Notes: a model not told the origin generated them from the letters alone. Shown: positions 18,582-28,098, counted from the stretch's first letter. The stretch is DNA of 55,627 bases from Pseudomonadota bacterium (GCA_021798795.1 JAJZBR010000003.1:1-55627), one strand, 5' to 3'. Numbers and translations are program-made.

Positions 18582-19280
18582 ATGGCTGGCGCCGGCGTTT
18601 TCATAACTGGCACGGACACCTCCGTGGGTAAAACGGTGGTTAGTGCCGGATGGATCCGGCGCGGCATTACGCACGGGCTCCGGGTTGCGGCCATGAAACC
18701 GGTTGCGACGGGCGGTGTTCTGCGGGAGATGCACCAGTTGCGGAGTTCAGATGCGGAACAACTCCGGGCCGAGATCAATGTCGAGGAGACGTGGGAAGAG
18801 CTCAATCCCTATGTTTTCCCCCCGCCGGTTTCCCCCAACATTGCCGCCGAGCGGGCAGGCGTCACGATCGAGATCAACCGGATCGTGGATGGGGCGCGGG
18901 CACTCGAGCGCCGGTCGGATGTCGTGGTCGTCGAAGGAGTCGGCGGCTGGCGGGTTCCGCTCGGGGCGGACACATCGACCGTCAATCTGGTGCGCGCGCT
19001 CGGCTATCCGGTCGTTCTGGTTATTGGGCTCAGGCTCGGGTGCATCAATCATGCGCTTCTCACGAGGGAGGCCATTGACGCGGATGGGATCCCCTGCCTC
19101 GGGTGGGTCGCGAACCGGCTGGATCCCGCTCTCGAGGAGACCGAAGCGGTACTTGCGACGCTTGTGGCCCGGCTTGCTTCGCCCTGTCTCGGAGTGATCC
19201 CGCTCCTCGAAGCGTGCGACATCGGTCAGGTGGCGCGGGCGCTCCGTCTCCCCGATCTTCGGGGGAGCCCGGGCGTTTGA
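18582..19280 (+). CDS. bioD: Dethiobiotin synthetase
   Basis: TGTDTSVGKT, KPVATG, EGVGG, LGCINHA. Confidence 0.97.
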   Translation: MAGAGVFITGTDTSVGKTVVSAGWIRRGITHGLRVAAMKPVATGGVLREMHQLRSSDAEQLRAEINVEETWEELNPYVFPPPVSPNIAAERAGVTIEINRIVDGARALERRSDVVVVEGVGGWRVPLGADTSTVNLVRALGYPVVLVIGLRLGCINHALLTREAIDADGIPCLGWVANRLDPALEETEAVLATLVARLASPCLGVIPLLEACDIGQVARALRLPDLRGSPGV

Positions 19281-19315
19281 GCGCTGCTCCCGGGGAAAGC
19301 GGATTGCCGGGTGCC

Positions 19316-19355
19316 CCGGGCTAGTGCATAATTTACCGGGCTAGTACATAATTTA
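19316..19355 (+). repeat. 20-bp tandem direct repeat (2 copies) upstream of the cox operon
   Basis: CCGGGCTAGTGCATAATTTA / CCGGGCTAGTACATAATTTA, one mismatch. Confidence 0.9.
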
Positions 19356-19389
19356 CTCGTAGCTTCGCGCGCAGGTCATCGGCTCTTCA

Positions 19390-19917
19390 GTGCACACAAT
19401 CATTGTTCGTCCGAACCGCTCACTTCATCGGACCGAACTCGGACTGCTCGGGTTAGGTCTCTGTGCAGCCCTCACATTGGGGGGGGTGCTGACTTGGCTC
19501 TTCGGATTCTGGCCGATTCTTGCATTTGACGGACTGGCCCTGATCGGGCTGGTTGCGGCCGTCTGGTTCGCAAACCGGGCAGGCGGCTACCTCGAAGAGA
19601 TCCGTATCGATGACGATTGGGTGAGCGTCGTCAAGGGTGTCTGCACCCCCCAGTCCACCTTCCGGGCGCGTCGTCCCTGGACCCGCCTGATCGAGGATAC
19701 CCAGGGACCTTGGAAGCGCTACCGGCTCTGGATCGGCTCATCCGGGCGGTTCTGCGAGATTGGGACGTGTCTCGGAGAGGATGAGAGGCGGGAGCTCTTC
19801 TGGCGGCTCCGGCGTTATTTCAACTTCATGAGCACGAGCGCGCATGGCGCCGGGAGTCCGGGAAACGGCACGGCTGGAACTCCAACCGAGATTCAAGCGG
19901 GAGACATTCGTACATGA
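19390..19917 (+). CDS. DUF2244 family membrane protein
   Basis: RPNRSL, G.WPIL.F.G, two TM helices, EIG.CL.E.ER; usual position before coxB. Confidence 0.85.
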   Translation: MHTIIVRPNRSLHRTELGLLGLGLCAALTLGGVLTWLFGFWPILAFDGLALIGLVAAVWFANRAGGYLEEIRIDDDWVSVVKGVCTPQSTFRARRPWTRLIEDTQGPWKRYRLWIGSSGRFCEIGTCLGEDERRELFWRLRRYFNFMSTSAHGAGSPGNGTAGTPTEIQAGDIRT

Positions 19918-20750
19918 AAAAGAAGTGGCTGCATGCCGCCTGGTGCACCAGTCTGCTTGCGGCGATCACGATGCCCACCCTTTGGGCTGCAAACCTCTAC
20001 AACCTGCCCCATGGCGTGACTCCGGTGAGCCATGCCATCTACGGGCTCAGCATGATGGCGTTCTGGATCATGTGCGGGATCGCGGTCGTTGTATTCGGGG
20101 CGATCACCTGGTCGATCATCTTCCACAGAAGGTCCCGTCATCCGAAGCCCGCCGACTTTCACGAAAACACGGTGCTCGAGATCGTCTGGACGGTGATTCC
20201 CTTCCTTATCCTGATCGCGATGGCCATCCCGGCGGCGCGTGTCCTGATCCGGGCCGAGAATGTCCACCACTCCGAACTCACCGTCGAGGTGACCGGTTAC
20301 CAGTGGCTCTGGCGGTATACCTACCCCCGCTGGAAGATCAACATCTACAGCCGTCTCGCCGATTCGAGCCTCCGGATTGCTCCGCTCCACTCCGGCCGCA
20401 GTCCGTATAGTACCCCCCACTATCTGCATGCGGTCACGCATCCCTTGGTGTTGCCGGTCGGCGAGAAAGTGCGTCTGCTCATCACCTCGAAAGACGTCAT
20501 TCACTCCTGGTGGGTTCCGGACCTGGGTGTCCAGATGGATGCCAACCCGGGTCTCGTCAACTCGATCTGGGTCAAAATCCTGAAACCGGGCACCTATCGT
20601 GGGCAATGCAACCAGATCTGCGGCTGGGGACATGCCTACATGCCCATCGTGGTGGTCGCAAAACCGAAAGCGCAATTTTTATCGTGGGTGAAACATTGGC
20701 GCAAGCGCCATCCCCAAGCCCTATCCCCTGCCACCACCCCGGATCCGTGA
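19914..20750 (+). CDS. coxB: Cytochrome c oxidase subunit II
   Basis: LEIVWT, GYQWLW, DVIHSWW, CuA motif CNQICGWGHAYM. Confidence 0.97.
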   Translation: MKKKWLHAAWCTSLLAAITMPTLWAANLYNLPHGVTPVSHAIYGLSMMAFWIMCGIAVVVFGAITWSIIFHRRSRHPKPADFHENTVLEIVWTVIPFLILIAMAIPAARVLIRAENVHHSELTVEVTGYQWLWRYTYPRWKINIYSRLADSSLRIAPLHSGRSPYSTPHYLHAVTHPLVLPVGEKVRLLITSKDVIHSWWVPDLGVQMDANPGLVNSIWVKILKPGTYRGQCNQICGWGHAYMPIVVVAKPKAQFLSWVKHWRKRHPQALSPATTPDP

Positions 20751-20789
20751 TCTGTCACCTGCATCGGTCAACCAGCGGAGACCCCTGTC

Positions 20790-22367
20790 ATGTCTGAATC
20801 GATCGCCCTAAGCCACGACGCACACCCGGCCGGCCGGGGGCTCACGCGCTGGATCAAGACGACCAATCACAAGGATATCGGCACGCTCTATCTGCTTTTC
20901 AGCCTGATCATGTTCTTCATCGGCGGTGCGATGGCCATGGTGATCCGGGCGGAACTCTTCGAGCCCGGGCTCCAGTTTGTGAATCCGGGGTTCTACAACC
21001 AGCTGGTCACGATGCATGGGCTCATCATGGTCTTCGGAGCGGTGATGCCGGCCTTCGTGGGACTTGCCAACTGGATGATCCCACTCATGATTGGCGCCCC
21101 CGACATGGCGCTGCCCCGCCTCAATAACTGGAGCTTCTGGATTCTGCCGTTCGCATTCACGCTGCTCTTGCTCACTCTTTTTCTTCCGGGGGGCGGACCC
21201 GAGGGCGGCTGGACCCTCTATGTGCCCTACAGCTTGGAACTCGGCTATTCGTTCCCGTTCCTGATCTTCGCGATCCATCTCATGGGGATCTCATCCGTCC
21301 TCGGCGGGATCAACATCATCGTCACCATCCTGAACATGCGCGCACCGGGCATGACGCTCATGAAGATGCCGCTTTTCGTGTGGGCCTGGCTGATCACGGC
21401 CTATCTCCTGGTCGCCGTCATGCCGGTTCTCGCGGGCGGAGTCACGATGCAGCTTTTTGACCACTTTTTCGGGACGCATTTCTTTTCGGTCGCAGGCGGC
21501 GGCAGTCCTCTGCTCTGGGAAAATGTTTTCTGGTTCTTCGGGCATCCCGAGGTCTATATCATGATCCTGCCGGCTTTCGGGATCATCTCGGAGATCGTGC
21601 CGACCTTCTCCCGCAAACCCCTGTTCGGCCGGACCTCGATGATCTATGCGCTGGCCTCGATCGCGTTTCTTTCGTTCATCGTCTGGGGCCACCACATGTT
21701 CACCTCGGGGATGCCGGTCTCTGCGGATCTCTTCTTCATGTTCAGCACCATGCTGATTGCCGTCCCGACGGGAGTCAAAATCTTCAACTGGATCGCGACC
21801 ATGTGGAAGGGGGCTCTGACCTTCGAAGTGCCGATGCTTTTTGCCATCGCGTTCATCGTACTCTTCACGATCGGCGGCTTCTCGGGCGTGATGCTTGCGC
21901 TCGCACCGGCCGACTTCCAGTATCACAACAGCTATTTCGTGGTGGCCCACCTTCATTACGTCCTGGTCACCGGCGCCGTGTTCGCCATCATGGCAGCGGT
22001 CTACTATTGGCTGCCCAAATGGACGGGTCACCGGTACAGCGAGTTCTGGGGAAAGGTCCATTTCTGGGTCAGTGTGATATCGGTCAACGTGCTCTATTTC
22101 CCGATGCACTTCCTGGGCTTGGCCGGTATGCCGCGGCGTGTACCGGATTACGCCGTCCAGTTCACCGATCTCAACATGATCTCGAGCATCGGTGCTTTCG
22201 TTTTCGGGTCAGCCCAGCTCATCTTCGTGGCGATTATTTTTGCCACGATCTACGGGGGCAAGAAGGCGGAAGCCCGTGCCTGGGAAGGTGCGCACGGACT
22301 CGAGTGGACCGTGCCCTCACCTGCGCCCTACCATACCTTCAGTTCGCCCCCAGAAGTCATGGGATGA
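20790..22367 (+). CDS. coxA: Cytochrome c oxidase subunit I (A1 type)
   Basis: HKDIG, PDMALPRLNN, GHPEVY, WGHHMF, PTGVK, AHLHY, GMPRR. Confidence 0.99.
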   Translation: MSESIALSHDAHPAGRGLTRWIKTTNHKDIGTLYLLFSLIMFFIGGAMAMVIRAELFEPGLQFVNPGFYNQLVTMHGLIMVFGAVMPAFVGLANWMIPLMIGAPDMALPRLNNWSFWILPFAFTLLLLTLFLPGGGPEGGWTLYVPYSLELGYSFPFLIFAIHLMGISSVLGGINIIVTILNMRAPGMTLMKMPLFVWAWLITAYLLVAVMPVLAGGVTMQLFDHFFGTHFFSVAGGGSPLLWENVFWFFGHPEVYIMILPAFGIISEIVPTFSRKPLFGRTSMIYALASIAFLSFIVWGHHMFTSGMPVSADLFFMFSTMLIAVPTGVKIFNWIATMWKGALTFEVPMLFAIAFIVLFTIGGFSGVMLALAPADFQYHNSYFVVAHLHYVLVTGAVFAIMAAVYYWLPKWTGHRYSEFWGKVHFWVSVISVNVLYFPMHFLGLAGMPRRVPDYAVQFTDLNMISSIGAFVFGSAQLIFVAIIFATIYGGKKAEARAWEGAHGLEWTVPSPAPYHTFSSPPEVMG

Positions 22368-22368
22368 G

Positions 22369-22506
22369 ATGTTGGACGCACCCGAACCTGGCTCACCCGC
22401 CGATCGCACCCCAAGGAAGCGAGCCGTGCGCATGGCCATCTCACTCGGTGTCCTGGCCGTTCTCATCTATCTCGGGTTCTACGGGATCCGGGTCTGGTTG
22501 GGCTGA
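22369..22506 (+). CDS. Small single-TM protein of the cox operon (45 aa)
   Basis: ATG 1 nt after the coxA stop; basic stretch RKRAVR then a hydrophobic helix. Confidence 0.6.
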   Translation: MLDAPEPGSPADRTPRKRAVRMAISLGVLAVLIYLGFYGIRVWLG

Positions 22507-22575
22507 GATCGACCCCATGCGACCCGCGACCCCCGCTTTCGCCATCCCCTATCTCAGCCTGGAGACCACCCACGC

Positions 22576-23445
22576 ATGAGCGCATCCGCCGATTCCTATT
22601 ACCTGCCGCATGGAACACCCTGGTCCATACTCGGCTCCCTGGGGCTTTTCGGTTTCATGCTGGGTGCAGGCGTTTGGATCGATGGCTGGAACCTTCTCGG
22701 GCCCCTCATCATGGGGCTTGGGATCCTTCTCCTCATTCTAACCAAGCTCGGCTGGTTTGGGGCGGTCATACGCGAGAGCGAGTCGGGTGTCTATAACCAG
22801 CAGGTCGATCGAACGTTCCGCTGGGCCATGGCGTTTTTCATATTCTCTGAAGTCATGTTTTTCGGCGCATTCTTCGGAACCCTGTTCTATGCGCGGCTCT
22901 TCGTGGTCCCCTGGCTGGGGGGCGCCTCATACATGTTTTATACCCATGCGCTTCTCTACCCGCATTACCGGGCGCTCTGGCCGACCAATGGCCCGGCCCA
23001 TGTCGGGGGTGCGTTCAGCGCCATGCCGCCTTGGGGCATCCCCGCCCTCAACACCCTGATCCTGCTCTCGAGCGCGGTGACCGTGACCCTGGCCCACTGG
23101 GCACTCAAGGCCGGGCATCGTCGGAAGGTGATTGCCGGACTCGTCGCGACGATCGCCCTTGGTGTGAGCTTTCTCCTGATGCAGGCGCATGAGTACTATC
23201 ATGCCTACACGCATCTCAACCTGACGCTCCATAGCGGCATCTACGGGGCGACGTTTTTCATCCTGACGGGATTCCACGGCCTTCACGTCACAATCGGCGT
23301 GATCATGCTCTCCGTGATCCTGATCCGCGTGCTGCGCGGCCATTTCACCCCTGAGCATCATTTTGCTTTCGAGGCGGTCTCCTGGTACTGGCATTTTGTC
23401 GATATCGTCTGGCTGGGTCTTTTTATTTTCGTCTACTGGCTCTGA
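22576..23445 (+). CDS. coxC: Cytochrome c oxidase subunit III
   Basis: FIFSEVMFF, NTLILLSS, TGFHGLHV, WYWHFVD. Confidence 0.98.
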   Translation: MSASADSYYLPHGTPWSILGSLGLFGFMLGAGVWIDGWNLLGPLIMGLGILLLILTKLGWFGAVIRESESGVYNQQVDRTFRWAMAFFIFSEVMFFGAFFGTLFYARLFVVPWLGGASYMFYTHALLYPHYRALWPTNGPAHVGGAFSAMPPWGIPALNTLILLSSAVTVTLAHWALKAGHRRKVIAGLVATIALGVSFLLMQAHEYYHAYTHLNLTLHSGIYGATFFILTGFHGLHVTIGVIMLSVILIRVLRGHFTPEHHFAFEAVSWYWHFVDIVWLGLFIFVYWL

Positions 23446-23493
23446 CCCGGAGACTGCGACCAGGCTTGCAAACCGGGAGGGGATCGCGAGGGA

Positions 23494-23706
23494 TCAGGGC
23501 CGGCTGATTCCGTGTGGATGAATCCAGCCCATGAAGTACCCGAGAATGAGCAAAGCGAAGAGCAGAAGGGACAGGCCGATTCGCCAGGACAGCGCCCGGA
23601 CCGTACGGGTCCCCCTCCCGCGGTCTTGGGCGAGACTCACGAATGCCCGGGCCAGGACAACCACGATGATGACGAAGAGCGCAACGATGATCAGTTTGAA
23701 CAGCAC
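23494..23706 (-). CDS. Twin-transmembrane small protein (DUF2909-like)
   Basis: RTVRALSWRIGLS..LF...G.I.PHG motif; typical antisense position between coxC and surf1. Confidence 0.85.
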   Translation of the reverse strand: MLFKLIIVALFVIIVVVLARAFVSLAQDRGRGTRTVRALSWRIGLSLLLFALLILGYFMGWIHPHGISRP

Positions 23707-23761
23707 GTTCAGTATCCAAACCCGGAGATGGGTGAGCCGTCTCGTTACCGGTTAGTATGCC

Positions 23762-24490
23762 ATGCAGGGTGTGTCCGGGTGGCGGTTTGCACCCCAATGG
23801 TGGCCCAGTTTCGGGGCCTGGATCCTCATTGTCCTGTTCCTGTTTTTCGCAGACTGGCAGTGGCGGGCGGCCCGATCGAGTGAGGTGGCGCTTCAGGCTT
23901 CGGCGCATAGTGTCACGGTCCGGTCCACGCCCTGGCCGATCGGCAGGCAGCCGCGTCCGTTCGAGCGGGTTTCGGTCCGGGGCCATTTTCTCGTCGGCCG
24001 GGACCTTCTCCTGATCGATCTCTACCACCACAACCAGATAGGTGCCGAAGTGGTCACGGTCTTCAGGCCCCGGCGCGGCACGCCGTGGATCCCGGTCGAC
24101 CGGGGCTGGATTCCCGCCTCTTCTCTGGGGCATACCCGCCTGCCGCTGGATCCGGGGCTTCCGCCCGGGCTCGTCCGCATCAAAGGATACGCCGGAGCTT
24201 TGCCTCATCCCGGTCTCCATCTCGGAAATGGACCGATCCCACGCGGCTGGCCCAAACCGATCCTCTTTCCAACTCATGCTTTTCTTGAGAAAATATACGG
24301 TCATTCACTGACCCGCCCAGTCCTTCTGCTCGGATCCCGTGAGCCGGGTGGATTCGTCCGGGACTGGAAGCCCGTTCCACCGATCGGACCCGTGCGGCAT
24401 TTCGGTTATGCTCTGCAGTGGCTCCTCTTGGCCCTCCTCGTATTCGGGATCTGGGTCGGGCTCAACTTGCACCGGGAATCGCCTTTATGA
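23762..24490 (+). CDS. SURF1 family oxidase assembly protein
   Basis: WQW.R, VDRGWIP, RHFGYALQW. Confidence 0.9.
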   Translation: MQGVSGWRFAPQWWPSFGAWILIVLFLFFADWQWRAARSSEVALQASAHSVTVRSTPWPIGRQPRPFERVSVRGHFLVGRDLLLIDLYHHNQIGAEVVTVFRPRRGTPWIPVDRGWIPASSLGHTRLPLDPGLPPGLVRIKGYAGALPHPGLHLGNGPIPRGWPKPILFPTHAFLEKIYGHSLTRPVLLLGSREPGGFVRDWKPVPPIGPVRHFGYALQWLLLALLVFGIWVGLNLHRESPL

Positions 24491-25098
24491 ACCAACGCGC
24501 CGTTTCTACCTTCCCGAAGTGGGCCATCGTGGTTGCCATCGTCGGGGTGTTCGCGTTGCCGGTTCTGATCGCCGGACTCTGGTACATGAATGTGAACCAG
24601 TGGGGAGTCGGACGGACGATGAACTATGGACATCTCATCACGCCACCCGTCCGGCTTCGAATCGCAGCGCTGCCATTGATCGTGGGTCACGGCCATCTCA
24701 CGACCCGGTACTTCAAAGGTCGCTGGACCCTCGTCTACATCGGGGGTGCGAAATGCACGCCCGACTGTCGCGCCGCGCTCTATGCCACGAGACAGATCCG
24801 TCTTGCACTCGGTGAGGACATCCGCCGGGTTCAGCGGCTCTATGTCGTGACGGGTGTGCCCCAAAAGCTCGGGTTTCTCGAAGTCGAGGATCCGGACCTC
24901 ACCATCGTTCGGGCACAGGGTACAATCGGCAGACACTTCACCCGTCAGTTCTTCAAGGCGGCCGACGCTCATCTCGGCGCACGTATCTATCTCGTCGACC
25001 CCTTGGGCAATCTCATGATGTCCTATCCCGCGGCCGTCAATCCGCACGGTCTCATGCGGGACCTGAAGCGTCTGCTGTCCGTCTCCGAGATCAGTTGA
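24487..25098 (+). CDS. SCO/thioredoxin-like cytochrome oxidase assembly protein
   Basis: TM anchor, NYGHLI.P, CTPDC, YLVDPLGNLMM.Y, DLKRLL. Confidence 0.85.
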   Translation: MNQRAVSTFPKWAIVVAIVGVFALPVLIAGLWYMNVNQWGVGRTMNYGHLITPPVRLRIAALPLIVGHGHLTTRYFKGRWTLVYIGGAKCTPDCRAALYATRQIRLALGEDIRRVQRLYVVTGVPQKLGFLEVEDPDLTIVRAQGTIGRHFTRQFFKAADAHLGARIYLVDPLGNLMMSYPAAVNPHGLMRDLKRLLSVSEIS

Positions 25099-26123
25099 TG
25101 GGGCGGTTCTGGGATGCTTTCCGCCTCCTCACACTCATAGCGATCGTCTGGACGCTGGTTTTGATCGGCGTGGGTGCCTACGTCCGGCTGTCGAATGCGG
25201 GCCTGTCCTGTCCGGGCTGGCCGGCTTGCTATGGCCATCTCACAGTGCCCACACGAGCCCAAGTCATCCAGCGGATCGACCGGTTCCATCCGTACAACCC
25301 GCTGCGCCCCCCAAAAGCCAGAAAGGAAATGTTCCACCGCTACCTCGCTGGTGGTCTCGGTCTGGTTATCCTGGCCATGGCGGCGCTCGGCTGGTCCGAT
25401 CGACGTCGCCAGACCGGTCGGCCCCGGCGCTTGCCGCTCCTGATTTTGCTCCTCGTGCTACTCCAAGCCGCACTCGGCATGTGGACCGTGACGATGGAAC
25501 TCGAGCCGGTCATCGTGCTGGCCCATCTCGTGGGTGCCTTTCTGATATTCGACTGCCTCCTTCTCCTTTGGGCGATGGATACGAAAACCTTCCGCTGGAG
25601 GGATGAAGTGTCTTCGCACTGGGGGAGGCGGATCGGGGTAGTTGTGCTCGCTCTCATCGGTGCACAGATTCTGCTCGGGGCCTGGACCAGTACGCATTAC
25701 GCCTGGGTGGGATGCCCGGATTTCCCGACATGCTTGGGCGCGTGGTGGCCCCGGCATCTCGAGTTCGGGCGTGCATTCACCCTGTGGAACCGATTGGGAG
25801 TGGATTATCAGGGTGGAACGCTTCCGCTTCGCGCACGTGCCGCAATCTATCTTCTCCACCGGCTTGGAGCCGCCGTCGTCCTGCTCACGGTTGTAGCCTG
25901 GTGCATCGCCTTGTTTAAGGAGACCCGGCATCTCGCGCTCAGGATCTGGGCATTGATCGTGATTGGCCTGACCTTGCTCCAGATCGGCATTGGCGTGACC
26001 TTGGCCTCGATCGGCATGCCCAGCTGGCTCGCGGACAGTCATACGGTTTTTGCTGCGCTCTTGCTCGGCGCCACCTCGCTTCTCGTCTACGCACTATGGA
26101 CTCCGGCATCCGGTCGGCCGTAG
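25098..26123 (+). CDS. ctaA: Heme A synthase (COX15/CtaA)
   Basis: GLSCPGWPAC, EMFHRY, CPDFPTC, LHR, conserved His ligands. Confidence 0.92.
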   Translation: MGRFWDAFRLLTLIAIVWTLVLIGVGAYVRLSNAGLSCPGWPACYGHLTVPTRAQVIQRIDRFHPYNPLRPPKARKEMFHRYLAGGLGLVILAMAALGWSDRRRQTGRPRRLPLLILLLVLLQAALGMWTVTMELEPVIVLAHLVGAFLIFDCLLLLWAMDTKTFRWRDEVSSHWGRRIGVVVLALIGAQILLGAWTSTHYAWVGCPDFPTCLGAWWPRHLEFGRAFTLWNRLGVDYQGGTLPLRARAAIYLLHRLGAAVVLLTVVAWCIALFKETRHLALRIWALIVIGLTLLQIGIGVTLASIGMPSWLADSHTVFAALLLGATSLLVYALWTPASGRP

Positions 26124-27025
26124 ACCTGCCTGACGCGGCGACCTGGCGGGATTGGATCCAGGTCACGAAACCGCGTGTGGTTGCGCTCATCGTGTTCACC
26201 GCTTTCGTGGGCATGCTGCTTGCGGTTCCGGGGTGGCCGCCGCTTGGACTCCTCCTTGCGGCGACGCTCGGGATCGCTCTCGCAGCCGCATCGGCCGCGA
26301 GCTTCAATCACCTCCTCGACCGCAGGATCGATGCCCACATGCTGAGGACGCGCTACCGTCCGCTGCCCACGGGGCATCTCACCCCCGCTCAGGTCTCGGT
26401 AATGGGAGTGATGCTCGCTTTGGCTTCCCTGCTTGTTCTCGGGGGCATGGTCAACTGGCTGACTGTGGTTCTCACGTTCGCCTCCCTGATCGGTTACGCC
26501 GTCGTCTACACGCGTTTCCTCAAAACCGTGACTCCGCAGAACATTGTGATCGGAGGGGCGGCCGGTGCCGCACCACCGGTTCTGGGCTGGGTCGCCATGA
26601 CTGACCATGTGAGCGCAATCAGTCTCAGCCTGTTCATGGTCATCTTCGTCTGGACGCCGCCTCATTTTTGGGCACTCGCCATCGGCCGCAAGGAAGACTA
26701 TTCCCGCGCTGGCGTTCCCATGCTGCCGGTCACGCATGGGGTGCGATTCACGATTGTGCAGATCGCACTCTACAGCGTCCTCCTCCTGGTCGTGAGCTAT
26801 CTGCCGGATCTCCTGGGAGCGGGCGGGTGGCTCTTCCTGATTGGCGTGACGGTCCTCAATGCAGGGTTCGGGATTCGGGTCATCCGTCTCGTCCGCTCAG
26901 AGGCTCCCGCCCGTGTGGCCCTGGCGCTGTTTCGCTATTCCATTACCTATCTCACGCTATTCTTTTTCATCCTGCTCGTGTGCCACTACCTGCCGCCGCC
27001 TTGGGGGTGTGCGTTCCTGGCCTGA
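26096..27025 (+). CDS. cyoE: Protoheme IX farnesyltransferase (heme O synthase)
   Basis: TKPRVV, DRRIDAHMLRT..RPLP, QNIVIGGAAGA, WTPPHFWALA. Confidence 0.96.
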   Translation: MDSGIRSAVDLPDAATWRDWIQVTKPRVVALIVFTAFVGMLLAVPGWPPLGLLLAATLGIALAAASAASFNHLLDRRIDAHMLRTRYRPLPTGHLTPAQVSVMGVMLALASLLVLGGMVNWLTVVLTFASLIGYAVVYTRFLKTVTPQNIVIGGAAGAAPPVLGWVAMTDHVSAISLSLFMVIFVWTPPHFWALAIGRKEDYSRAGVPMLPVTHGVRFTIVQIALYSVLLLVVSYLPDLLGAGGWLFLIGVTVLNAGFGIRVIRLVRSEAPARVALALFRYSITYLTLFFFILLVCHYLPPPWGCAFLA

Positions 27026-27083
27026 ACGGTTGCTCTGCTCTCCTCGTGCCCCCCCCACCGCGTGCACTGGACTATCCGGTTGC

Positions 27084-27109
27084 GCGGCGGGCGGATTGCA
27101 TCCCGCCGC
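27084..27109. terminator. GC hairpin between convergent cyoE and rpoH
   Basis: GCGGCGGG-N10-CCCGCCGC. Confidence 0.45.
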
Positions 27110-27116
27110 TGCGAGC

Positions 27117-28010
27117 TTACGCGTGCACCTCCAGGTGATCGCGGAGTTGTCCAAGTGTTTTCGCCTCGATCTGACGCACACGCTCAACCGAGATGCCATA
27201 GCGCTCGGCCAGCGCTTTAAGCGGTGGCTTGCCATCCGGGTTGAGCCAGCGCTCCTTGACGATGTCCCGGCTGCGGGCATCCAGAGATCGAAGTGCGCGG
27301 GAGAGTCTTTCGTGCCGGTCGCGATCAAGATCCTGGGCTTCCAGTGATTCGAGGGGATCGGCATTGGGCGCGGTCAGATAATCTTCGGGGGCCGCCGTGT
27401 GGGATTCCTCCCCTCCCTCGGGACCGGGTCCCGCGGAAAAACTGATGTCCTGGCCTTTAAGGCGGGTCTCCATGACTTGGACGTCGCCCGGGGAGACCTT
27501 GAGATCCTGTGCGATCTGGGCCGCCTCTTCGGTGGTGAGCGAACCGGTTTGACCGAGATGCCGCCTGAGATTGAAAAAAAGCCGCCTCTGCGCCTTGGTC
27601 GTTGCAATTTTCACGAGCCGCCAGTTGCGGATGATGAACTCATGAATCTCGGAGCGGATCCAGTGCACGGCAAAGGTGATGAGACGAACACCGCGCTCGG
27701 GATCGAAGTGGCGGACCGCCTTCATGAGCCCGATATTGCCTTCCTGAACGAGATCCGCGAGCGGGAGTCCATAGTTCCGATAGCTCCGTGCGATGTAGAC
27801 GACGAATCGCAGGTGGGCCAGGATGATTTTCTGGGCAGACAGGAGATCGGCTTCCTCCCGGTAGCTCCGGAACAACGCACGCTCTTCCTCCGGTTTCAGG
27901 ATCGGGATCTGCCGGATGGCTTGAAGATAACGGTCGAGACTCTGCCGGGAATGGTCACCGGCCAGTTCGGGGATAGGCGATATCAGCGCAAGTTCTTGAT
28001 TCATAGGCAT
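27117..28010 (-). CDS. rpoH: RNA polymerase sigma-32 factor
   Basis: DLVQEGNIGLMKAV, RpoH box IATTKAQRRLFFNLR, SVERVRQIE. Confidence 0.97.
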   Translation of the reverse strand: MPMNQELALISPIPELAGDHSRQSLDRYLQAIRQIPILKPEEERALFRSYREEADLLSAQKIILAHLRFVVYIARSYRNYGLPLADLVQEGNIGLMKAVRHFDPERGVRLITFAVHWIRSEIHEFIIRNWRLVKIATTKAQRRLFFNLRRHLGQTGSLTTEEAAQIAQDLKVSPGDVQVMETRLKGQDISFSAGPGPEGGEESHTAAPEDYLTAPNADPLESLEAQDLDRDRHERLSRALRSLDARSRDIVKERWLNPDGKPPLKALAERYGISVERVRQIEAKTLGQLRDHLEVHA

Positions 28011-28034
28011 GTCACCGCATAGTGAACCTAAATT

Positions 28035-28061
28035 CTAGCACTCTTAAGATTAGAGTGCCAA
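28035..28061. promoter_or_regulatory. CIRCE element (HrcA operator)
   Basis: CTAGCACTC-N9-GAGTGCCAA versus consensus TTAGCACTC-N9-GAGTGCTAA. Confidence 0.9.
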
Positions 28062-28076
28062 TCACCGGGAAAGTTC
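28050..28076 (-). promoter_or_regulatory. sigmaE-type promoter of rpoH
   Basis: GAACTT-N16-TCTAA on the minus strand. Confidence 0.8.
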
Positions 28077-28098
28077 TCGTTACAAGACTTGGGCGGGT

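Noticed and set aside
28055-28068. GTGCCAATCACCGG resembling a shufflon sfx core
   Set aside because: It is the CIRCE arm, single copy, about 10 kb from pilV, and no rci is present
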